Assembly: GCA_934446065.1 (NCBI GenBank) | Contig: CAKSDP010000030.1 | Coordinates: forward strand, 1 to 18,730 | Source: an uncultured Eubacteriales bacterium | GTDB lineage: Bacteria; Bacillota; Clostridia; Oscillospirales; CAG-272 | Direction of reading: 5' to 3' | DNA: 18,730 bases | Shown: positions 7,702-16,826 of the stretch, piece after piece | Numbering within the stretch: position 1 is the stretch's first letter | How the letters are laid out: the number at the start of each line of letters is the position of its first letter | Translations under genes and position numbers: made by a program | Notes under the pieces: model-generated | Database searches by the model: none | Seen by the model: the letters and a program-made list of their open reading frames with translations, nothing else | What the model was told of the DNA's origin: nothing

Positions 7702-8049
7702 TTACTTTTGTTCCTCAATGTCGCGTAAAAGCTCGGCAATGTGAGCACCGCGCGCAACCGATTCGTCAAGAACGAAGGATATCTCGGGAGTCTGCCTGAG
7801 ATTAAGCTCCTCGGCAAGACGCGAGCGAACAAACGCAGCCGCGTGCTTGAGCCCCGCGCGCAGCTCGCGCTCGTCATGCTCACCCATGACCGAGTAAAAT
7901 ATCTTCGCGTATTTGAGATCTGCCGTAACATCAGCACCCGTCACCGTAATGAATACGTCCGATACGCGCGGATCCTTGATCTCGCGTACGATCACCGCGC
8001 ACTCTGCCGCAACAGCATCGTTGATCCTTGAGCGCCTGTATTTCGCCAT
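7702..8049 (-). CDS. rbfA: 30S ribosome-binding factor RbfA
   Basis: 115 aa. The translation RINDAVAAECAVIVREIKDPRV..VTVTGADVTADLKYAKIFYSV is typical of RbfA. The start is ATG at 8049. Confidence 0.92.
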   Translation of the reverse strand: MAKYRRSRINDAVAAECAVIVREIKDPRVSDVFITVTGADVTADLKYAKIFYSVMGEHDERELRAGLKHAAAFVRSRLAEELNLRQTPEISFVLDESVARGAHIAELLRDIEEQK

Positions 8050-8073
8050 GTAATCCTCCGTTTTCCGCCGGCG

Positions 8074-8757
8074 TCAGCCGACAAGCTTCCGTATAATATC
8101 AAACTGTAACTGCGACTCCGCGCTGCTGTCGCTCTTGCCCATGACAAGCTGCGCGTGAGTCACCTTTTTCATGCAAATAATGCTGTCGTCGGGCAGGCAC
8201 GAGAAGCACGAGTGCTCCCGAAGAAGCCGCGACCCGCTCAGCTTTATCCCGTAGCCGTCGTCGGTCACCCCGTCCGGCACCTCGCCGAACAGCGCAGCCA
8301 CATCGTACAGCGCACCATTGTCGCGCGCCACATCGTACAGAACCGGATCAAGTATCATCATCACCGCGTCGCCCGAAACGAGCATCTGCGTAAATGACGC
8401 GTATGCGTTGTTGTTCTCAACAATGTTGAACTGGAATACCTCCCCCTCAGCCTCAGCCTCGGCGCGCATCTTTTCAAGCTTTTCCTCGGATTTGTACACG
8501 ATCATCTGAAAATTCACGTCCGTGTCGCGCCCCGCAGCCTCGTCTGACGCCGCGTCAAGCACGCTCACGATTCTGTCGTGCACCGCGCCGTCAATGTACG
8601 TCCCGCCGCAGTACAGCACCTGAAAATCATAGTTCTTCTTCTCAAACACTATCTGCGACAGACCGATCGCAAATATCAGCACAAACGATACAATGATTAT
8701 TGTCTGCCACTTGTAGTGGTACCAGAAATTTTCAAGATTCTCTTTTTTTGTGCTCAA
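8074..8757 (-). CDS. Membrane-anchored protein of unknown function (single N-terminal TM helix)
   Basis: The hydrophobic segment WQTIIIVSFVLIFAIGLSQIVF follows a short charged N-terminus. The only plausible start is TTG at 8757, with cGGAGGAgttcggaatt upstream. It is tightly packed between the lipoprotein gene and rbfA. Confidence 0.6.
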   Translation of the reverse strand: MSTKKENLENFWYHYKWQTIIIVSFVLIFAIGLSQIVFEKKNYDFQVLYCGGTYIDGAVHDRIVSVLDAASDEAAGRDTDVNFQMIVYKSEEKLEKMRAEAEAEGEVFQFNIVENNNAYASFTQMLVSGDAVMMILDPVLYDVARDNGALYDVAALFGEVPDGVTDDGYGIKLSGSRLLREHSCFSCLPDDSIICMKKVTHAQLVMGKSDSSAESQLQFDIIRKLVG

Positions 8758-8778
8758 AATTCCGAACTCCTCCGAATA

Positions 8779-9387
8779 TCAGTACGTCGGCGTGTCAAGG
8801 CGCCATCCGTCTGCCTCAAGCTTCAGCGTAACGGTAAACTCACTGCGCTCGCCGCCGCACTCGGCGTAAACGGCGATCACCGCAGTGTCCGCACCTACGG
8901 CATCCTTCACATCAGCGATCCGCACCGTGTCGGTGTCGGGGATCCGTTCGGGCAGGGAGTTTTTCGCCTGGCTCACGTTTATCTTCATGACGCCGCCCTC
9001 GCTCACGTATCTCGCGAGCAGAGCCGAATCATCGGACACGTTCACTCCTTCGAACGCCACCTTCTCGATGTCGTCGGAGTAGCTTTCGGTGTAAACGCTG
9101 CGCACCTTTTCCATAAGCTCCGACTGCGAAATATATTTCGCGTCGCCGGAAAGCTCGGCGTATGCGGCGTCTCCCAAGTCCTGCGAGGACATTGTTGCCT
9201 CGTCGTACTCAAGTCCGCCCCAGAAGAATATGCGGTTGACCTCAACGGCGGACCCGAGCAGCTCCTTTGCGGCGGCGATGACCTCGCCCTCGTCAGCCGG
9301 AGTCTGCTTTTTCCCGCACGATGCGAGCGACACCGCAATAACCGCAGCAAGTGCAAGAATTATTGCACCGAGCCTTAATTTCTTCAT
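8779..9387 (-). CDS. Putative lipoprotein of unknown function
   Basis: The N-terminus MKKLRLGAIILALAAVIAVSLASCGKK is a signal peptide with an L-A-S-C lipobox. The ATG at 9387 is preceded by aaaggaaaagcag. Confidence 0.75.
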   Translation of the reverse strand: MKKLRLGAIILALAAVIAVSLASCGKKQTPADEGEVIAAAKELLGSAVEVNRIFFWGGLEYDEATMSSQDLGDAAYAELSGDAKYISQSELMEKVRSVYTESYSDDIEKVAFEGVNVSDDSALLARYVSEGGVMKINVSQAKNSLPERIPDTDTVRIADVKDAVGADTAVIAVYAECGGERSEFTVTLKLEADGWRLDTPTY

Positions 9388-9403
9388 CTGCTTTTCCTTT
9401 TTT

Positions 9404-9495
9404 TCTTTTCAATCGCTAAACTTTTAGTTTTACCTAACCGATAGTTTCTAACCGCTAAATCCTTAATTTTACCTAACCGATGGTTTCAACCGATG
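9404..9495. repeat. 39-bp tandem direct repeat, 2 full units plus a partial third, between gyrA and the lipoprotein gene
   Basis: Units 9404..9442 and 9443..9481 match at 30 of 39 positions by hand alignment. The 21-mer ttttacctaaccgat.gtttc recurs at 9428..9448 and 9467..9487 (20/21). A partial third unit (ggtttcaaccgatg) follows. The core (t/c)aaccg recurs four times. Confidence 0.8.
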
Positions 9496-9510
9496 AATCT
9501 TATCTTCACC

Positions 9511-12060
9511 TTACTCGGCGGTATCTTCCGCCGGGTTCTCGACCTCGCCTGACGGAGCAGACTCATCCGCCGGAGCGTCAGTCTCGTCCGAAGCCTCCTC
9601 AGCCGCAGGCGACACCGCGAAATTGACGATGGACGCGCCGTCGGCGACACGCATGATTATAACTCCGGCGGCTCCTCGTCCGTACTCCGGAATTCCGTCG
9701 GCAGGCGTGCGGATCATTATTCCCTCGTCGGTCATCATCATAAGGTCGTCGCCCTCACCGACGATGGATATTCCGCAAAGGCGGCCGGTCTTTTCGGTGA
9801 CGTTCTGGCAGATGACGCCCTTGATGCCGCGGCCCTTGGCGTCGAAAAGGTCGAACGCCATGCGCTTGCCGTAGCCGCGCTCTGTCACGGTGACGAGCGA
9901 GCGCCCGCGCTGCCAATCCATATCGGCACGGATGACTGCGGCTCCGCATACCTCGTCGCCCTCGCCGAGGCGGATACCGCGCACACCGCGCGAGAGTCTG
10001 CCCGTACAGGTGACGTGGCGCGACGCAAAGCGCGCGGCGATTCCGTTTTTCGTTGCGATCATTACGTCGTCGTCATCGCCGATGATGTCTACAAATATCA
10101 GCTCGTCGCCCTCGTCGAGGGTTATCGCGATCTTACCCGCGCGGCGCTGATACTCGAACTCGGACAGGCGGCATCTCTTGATCGTACCGCGGCGCGTGAC
10201 CATCATGAGATACAGATCCTCGCGGAACGTGGTCACGGGGATAACTGCGGTGACGTTCTCGTCGGGAGCCGTCTCAAGTATATTTACGATATTCGTACCC
10301 TTTGCGGTACGGCTCGCCTCGGGAATCTGGTACGCCTTTTTGCTGTACACGCGTCCGAAATCGGTGAAGAACATGAGCAGCGCATGGCTGTTTGAGATGA
10401 TAACGCTGCGGATGAAGTCCTCGTTTTTCGTACCCATGCCGATGATTCCCTTGCCGCCGCGCTTCTGTGCGGTATAGTCATCTGCGGGCTGACGCTTGAT
10501 ATATCCGGCGTCGGTCATGGTGATGACGCAGTTATGGCGCTCGATGAGGTCCTCGTCAAGAATCTCGTTGTGCGCCTCGACAAGCTCGGTACGGCGTGCG
10601 TCGCCGTATTTATCGCGGATCGCGGTCATCTCCTCGCGGATGATGGCGCGGATCTTTGACTCGTCGGCGAGAATTCCGCGCAGCTCCGATATTTTCGCGT
10701 AAAGCTCGCGCAGTCTCTCCTCGATCTTCTCACGCTCGAGACCTGAAAGTCTGCCGAGCGGCATGGTGACGATCGCCTGAGACTGCGGGTCGGACAGGGC
10801 GAATCTCTCCATGAGGGCTGCCTTTGCGGACGGGATATCCGCCGACGCGCGGATGAGCTTTATGACCTCATCGATATTGTCGATGGCGATTTTATATCCC
10901 TCGAAGATGTGCGCCTCCGCCTCGGCTTTTTCGAGGTCGTATTTTGTACGGCGCGTAACTACGTCCTCTTGGAAGAGGATATAGTTCTTGAGGATCTCCT
11001 TGAGTCCGAGCTGCTTCGGCTCGCCGTTGACGAGCGCTACCATATTCATGGCGCAGGTATCCTGGAGGAGAGTATATTTATAGAGCTGGTTGAGGATGAC
11101 CTGACCGTTTGCGTCGCGGCGGTACTCGATCACGACGCGGATGCCGTTCTTCATATCGGACTCGTCGCGGATCTCGGTTATTCCCTCGATGACCTTATTC
11201 TTGACCTTATCCGCGATGCCCTCGAGCATGGTGCTCTTATTGACCTGGTAGGGTATCTCGGACACGATGATGCGGTGGTGCTCCTCGTCTACCTCGGCGC
11301 GGGAGCGCATAATTACTCTGCCGCGGCCCGTGGCGTAAGCCTCGTATATTCCGGACGCGCCGTAGATTATGCCGGCGGTAGGAAAGTCGGGACCTTTGAT
11401 ATACTTCATGAGGTCGGTAAGGGTGGCGTCGGGGTTATCCATATAGTAGAGCGTGCCGTCGATGACCTCGCAGAGGTTATGCGGCGGGATATTGGACGCC
11501 ATTCCGACGGCGATACCGATGGTGCCGTTGACAAGGAGGTTCGGGAACCTCGACGGGAGGACTGTCGGCTCCTTGCGGCTGTTATCAAAGTTCGGTACAA
11601 AATCGACGGTATCCTTGCCGATATCGCGCATAAGCTCGTCGGCTATACGGCTCATTCTCGCCTCGGTATAACGGTAAGCGGCGGCGCTGTCTCCGTCCAC
11701 GCTTCCGAAGTTGCCGTGGCCCTCGACGAGGGGATATCTCAGCGAGAACGGCTGCGCCATACGCACCATTGTGCCGTACACGGCAGAGTCGCCGTGCGGG
11801 TGATATCTACCGAGCACGTTACCGACCGTCGTTGCCGATTTACGGAACGGGTTATTGTGCGTCAGCCCGTCCTCGTACATAGCGTACATGATTCGACGCT
11901 GTCCCGGCTTCATTCCGTCGCGGACGTCCGGCAGCGCGCGGTCCACAAGCACCGACATCGAATACTCGATGAACGCTTGTCTGAACCGCGAGTTCAGCTC
12001 GATATCAACTATCTTCTGATCCTCAAAATGAAGATCCTCGTTCTTATGTTTCTCTGCCAA
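9511..12060 (-). CDS. gyrA: DNA gyrase subunit A
   Basis: 849 aa. It has [18 protein letters not shown], the [28 protein letters not shown], the catalytic [11 protein letters not shown] Tyr and a GyrA-box QKRGGKG in the C-terminal domain. It lies directly downstream of gyrB. The start is TTG at 12060 with gtAAGGAGGggagatt upstream, and there is no nearby in-frame ATG. Confidence 0.97.
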   Translation of the reverse strand: MAEKHKNEDLHFEDQKIVDIELNSRFRQAFIEYSMSVLVDRALPDVRDGMKPGQRRIMYAMYEDGLTHNNPFRKSATTVGNVLGRYHPHGDSAVYGTMVRMAQPFSLRYPLVEGHGNFGSVDGDSAAAYRYTEARMSRIADELMRDIGKDTVDFVPNFDNSRKEPTVLPSRFPNLLVNGTIGIAVGMASNIPPHNLCEVIDGTLYYMDNPDATLTDLMKYIKGPDFPTAGIIYGASGIYEAYATGRGRVIMRSRAEVDEEHHRIIVSEIPYQVNKSTMLEGIADKVKNKVIEGITEIRDESDMKNGIRVVIEYRRDANGQVILNQLYKYTLLQDTCAMNMVALVNGEPKQLGLKEILKNYILFQEDVVTRRTKYDLEKAEAEAHIFEGYKIAIDNIDEVIKLIRASADIPSAKAALMERFALSDPQSQAIVTMPLGRLSGLEREKIEERLRELYAKISELRGILADESKIRAIIREEMTAIRDKYGDARRTELVEAHNEILDEDLIERHNCVITMTDAGYIKRQPADDYTAQKRGGKGIIGMGTKNEDFIRSVIISNSHALLMFFTDFGRVYSKKAYQIPEASRTAKGTNIVNILETAPDENVTAVIPVTTFREDLYLMMVTRRGTIKRCRLSEFEYQRRAGKIAITLDEGDELIFVDIIGDDDDVMIATKNGIAARFASRHVTCTGRLSRGVRGIRLGEGDEVCGAAVIRADMDWQRGRSLVTVTERGYGKRMAFDLFDAKGRGIKGVICQNVTEKTGRLCGISIVGEGDDLMMMTDEGIMIRTPADGIPEYGRGAAGVIIMRVADGASIVNFAVSPAAEEASDETDAPADESAPSGEVENPAEDTAE

Positions 12061-12101
12061 AATCTCCCCTCCTTACGGGATGGATTTTTTATGAAATTGG
12101 G

Positions 12102-12498
12102 GTTTCGGCAGGGGGGACCTTTTTGAAAAAAGGTTCCCCCTGCACCCCTCCAAAAAATACGGATAAATGGGTTTGTTGCGAGAGGAGATTTTTGAAAAAA
12201 TCCCCTCTCGCGCTCTCCCCAAAAACTTTTAACTAAATAAAATGGATTTAGTAAGTGCAGGATTTTAGTTTAGGCTCCCTTGTGTAAAGGGAGGCTTGGG
12301 TTCGTGCAAACTCCACGTCCATGGCGGGAGCCGCGAGAGCGGAAACCGCTCACGTAAAGTCTCCTGATAGTTTGGATACCCATAGCGTGTGATATCTCTC
12401 GCCTTCAGCTTCGGAATTCGTCTTGCACAAACCTATTAAATATACCCAGTATAAAGTTCTTTGCGCCACTTTCTTGAAAGAAAGTGGCTCGTATCCCC
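12102..12498. repeat. Copy B of the modular intergenic repeat (order H1, H2, L, P, S, T, Q)
   Basis: Modules are H1 12108..12143, H2 12178..12211, P 12273..12295, S core 12299..12433 and Q 12465..12488. The S closing arms are ggttcgtgcaa and ttgcacaaacc, with one mismatch. The copy fills the gyrB stop (12499) to gyrA start (12060) gap. Confidence 0.92.
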
Positions 12499-14469
<1,971 letters not shown>

Positions 14470-14487
14470 TTAAATGGTGGATTTATA

Positions 14488-14914
14488 AACGGATAAATGG
14501 GTTTGTTGCGAGAGGAGATTTTTGAAAAAATCCCCTCTCGCGCTCTCCCAAAAAAGCACGGTGGGATTTCAGCAGGGGGACCTTTTTGAAAAAAGCTCCC
14601 CCTGCACCCCTCCAAAAACTTTTAACTAAATAAATAGATTTAGTGAGTGCAGGATTTTAGTTTAGGCTCCCTTGTGTAAAGGGAGGCTTGGGTTTGTGCA
14701 AACTCCACGTTCATGGCGGGAGCCGCGAGAGCGGATACCGCTTACTCGAAGCCTCCTGATAGTTCGGATAAACTAAAACGTGGGATACCGCTCGACTTCA
14801 ACTGAAGCCTATGTCTTGCACAAACCAATTATATATGCCCAGTATAAAGTTCTTTTGGCGGCTTCCCACCGGGAAGGCGAGCTTTTCCTTTCAAGAAAAG
14901 AACACGTATCCCCT
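14488..14914. repeat. Copy C of the modular intergenic repeat (order H2, H1, L, P, S, T, Q, Q; H modules swapped relative to A and B)
   Basis: Modules are H2 14508..14541, H1 14572..14605, P 14665..14687 and S core 14691..14826 with a perfect 11-bp closing inverted repeat. The Q hairpins are 14862..14876 (cttccc-acc-gggaag) and 14882..14900. The copy fills the remB stop (14915) to gyrB start (14457) gap. Confidence 0.92.
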
Positions 14915-15163
14915 CTACTTCTCCGCGCGATCGCGAAGAGTCTTTGACGAAATGTGCGAAAGGATCACGCGCTCACCTTCCTTGTCCTCGCATAGAACAA
15001 ACGAGCGCGGAATGTCGGTCCCCGCCGAGTCAACAATGCCTGCCTCCTCAGCGCGCCTCAGAAAATCCGCAGTAACCTTCGGCGTCACGTCACCGTCAAG
15101 ATCAAAGAATCCTATCACAGACGAGCGCTTCACCGTCCGGTGCGAGCCTAAGTGAATGTACAT
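14915..15163 (-). CDS. remB: DUF370 family protein (RemB/YaaB-like)
   Basis: 82 aa. MYIHLGSHRTVKRSSVIGFFDLD...DFL..AEE.G.V......PRSFVL......RVILSHISSKTL matches the DUF370 pattern, and the gene sits just upstream of gyrB as yaaB/remB does in Bacillus. Its ATG (15163..15161) shares one base with the dnaN TGA stop. Confidence 0.8.
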   Translation of the reverse strand: MYIHLGSHRTVKRSSVIGFFDLDGDVTPKVTADFLRRAEEAGIVDSAGTDIPRSFVLCEDKEGERVILSHISSKTLRDRAEK

Positions 15164-16377
15164 CAGTTCGTCATTCTGCGCGGCATGATGTAGTAAAGGA
15201 ACCTCTGCCGCTCGTCACCGTCACTGTCGGGTCGATCAAACCCGTCCGGAACCGCGCCCGTGCCGCTGTACTCCGCAATGCCGGAGCCGCGCGCCTCCTC
15301 TATTCTCACTCCAGTCATAGACGAGCCGAAACGCATCCTCAGCGTGTACGCCTCCGGACAGGAGCGAAGCGCGTCAAGCAGATAGCGGCACGTGAACGCG
15401 ATCGTTATGTCGTCGCCCGTCTTCGCCGCCGGAATCTCCTCGTATATGCTGCCACCCGTCGATACAGACGATATCTTTATAACGTTGTCCTCTATGTCAA
15501 AGCGAACGTACGTCTTCGAGTTTCCGCCGAGCTTGTCCTCGGTGATGATCGACGCGCGCTCGAGCGCCGCGCGGATCTCCGCCGCGTTCGCAAAAACCTC
15601 GCACGTGTGCTCCGTCGGCAGACTGCGCATATAGTCCATGTACTCCGTGTCAATGAGCCTCGTGAAGTACAGTATCCCGTCTACCGTGAATATCACGTGC
15701 TTGCGCGCGATGGATACCGTCACACAGTCAGCCTCGTCCTCGCTGTCGCGCACCACCTTCAGTATCTCCGAAAGCATCCTCGCCGGCACTATCATCTTCG
15801 CGTCGGGCGCGCCCTCCGGCAGCTCCTTCTCGCATACCGCCATCCTGCTGCCGTCGCAGCCGACGACGGTCATTATGCCGCCCTCGATCTTAAAGAACAC
15901 GCCGTTCAGCGCGGGGCGCGTGTCGTTCTGAGCCGCGCAGATTATCGCCTTTGAGAGAGTCTGACGCAGGCTCTTGCCGGTGAAGGTGTAGTTGCGGTCG
16001 CCCGAGAGGAGCGGCAGCCCCGGGAAGTCCTCGCCCGGCACGGCTGATATTTCAAAGCTCGACTGACCGGATGAGATGTGCGCAGTCATATTCTGGTCGA
16101 TGGTTATTTCTATGTCCCCGTCGGGGAGAGAGCGTACTATCTGCTGTATCTTCTGAGTGTTCAGAATGAATTTTCCCTCGTCCATGATGGTAGCCGGAAT
16201 AGTTGTGCGGACGCCCTTCTCCATATCGTAGGCGGAGACGCGGCACGTTCCCGGCTCCTCACCTGGGCACTCGAACAATATTCCGTCTATGGCGGCGGCG
16301 GAATTGTGTCCCGGCACGACGCTTGCGGCGGGGGAGATTGCTCCCATAAGGACTCCTTTATCGAACACGACTGTCAT
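15163..16377 (-). CDS. dnaN: DNA polymerase III subunit beta (sliding clamp)
   Basis: 404 aa located directly downstream of dnaA and oriC. The three-domain clamp-like sequence ends in LYYIMPRRM. ATG at 16377 is preceded by GGAAGGAcgatcgcaagt. Confidence 0.95.
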   Translation of the reverse strand: MTVVFDKGVLMGAISPAASVVPGHNSAAAIDGILFECPGEEPGTCRVSAYDMEKGVRTTIPATIMDEGKFILNTQKIQQIVRSLPDGDIEITIDQNMTAHISSGQSSFEISAVPGEDFPGLPLLSGDRNYTFTGKSLRQTLSKAIICAAQNDTRPALNGVFFKIEGGIMTVVGCDGSRMAVCEKELPEGAPDAKMIVPARMLSEILKVVRDSEDEADCVTVSIARKHVIFTVDGILYFTRLIDTEYMDYMRSLPTEHTCEVFANAAEIRAALERASIITEDKLGGNSKTYVRFDIEDNVIKISSVSTGGSIYEEIPAAKTGDDITIAFTCRYLLDALRSCPEAYTLRMRFGSSMTGVRIEEARGSGIAEYSGTGAVPDGFDRPDSDGDERQRFLYYIMPRRMTN

Positions 16378-16410
16378 ACTTGCGATCGTCCTTCCCGAGC
16401 GTTATTCGCT

Positions 16411-16455
16411 CTTTTGAAATAAAGTAAGATAAATAATAACTAAGTAAAATAAAAA
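16411..16455. other. Candidate DNA unwinding element (A+T-rich tract)
   Basis: cttttgaaataaagtaagataaataataactaagtaaaataaaaa is roughly 80 percent A+T by eye in a window that is otherwise well over 50 percent G+C. It lies next to the dnaN start. Confidence 0.6.
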
Positions 16456-16471
16456 TAGTAGTAGTAGGGGG
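16456..16471 (+). promoter_or_regulatory. DnaA-trio-like element: 4 tandem 5'-TAG-3' triplets followed by a G cluster
   Basis: TAGTAGTAGTAG (16456..16467) is followed directly by GGGG (16468..16471). Read from dnaA towards dnaN this is CCCC-CTA-CTA-CTA-CTA and then the A+T tract. That is the same order (boxes, GC cluster, trios, unwinding element) described for Bacillus subtilis oriC. Confidence 0.5.
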
Positions 16472-16542
16472 TGTTTGCTGTTTACTTCTTCTGCGGTGCG
16501 CTGCCGTGCGGGCGTTTGCGCCGCGAGCGGTATCGTTTTTGC

Positions 16543-16826
16543 TGTTGAAAAGTTTACGCGCCCTGTCGAAATATTCCTGCGCATTTGCCCGATCACTGAC
16601 GTGGTGCCGCAAGGCTCGTCTGCGCTTTTCAACGGTCGCTTGTTGTCGAATAAGTTTGTGTTGAAAACCGTTGGTGGCACGGTTTTCCCTTTGCTGTTTC
16701 ACACTTTCCGAAATACGTATCGAAAAAGTTACGAACAGCGCTGTGTCGTGCGTATTCGCACCAACGCTCCATCTTTCAACACTTATTTCAAAGGTTTTCA
16801 ACACACTTTTCAACACCTGTCGAAAA
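16543..16826. promoter_or_regulatory. Cluster of repeated 9-mer boxes: TTTTCAACA type (candidate DnaA boxes) and TGTCGAA type (Spo0A 0A-box consensus)
   Basis: TGTTGAAAA is at 16543..16551 and 16659..16667. TTTTCAACA is at 16795..16803 and 16807..16815, CTTTCAACA at 16773..16781 and TTTTCAACG at 16626..16634. TGTCGAA-containing sites are at 16564..16572, 16644..16652 and 16818..16826. The box differs from canonical TTATCCACA at 2 positions, so the DnaA assignment is an inference. Confidence 0.5.

Noticed and set aside
12340-12375. Hammerhead-ribozyme-like fragments in the S core (gcggAAACcgc and cCTGATAGt).
   Set aside because: CUGAUAG does not match the conserved CUGANGA core because the G8 position is A. 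The GAAAC is GATAC in copies A and C. The order and spacing do not fit any hammerhead topology.
12320-12392. Small ORF inside the S core (ATGGCGGGAGCCGCGAGAGCG..., 23-30 codons in copies B and C).
   Set aside because: The start is GTG in copy A and absent (GCG) in copy D. There is no Shine-Dalgarno. Differences between copies are not synonymous or conservative in that frame.
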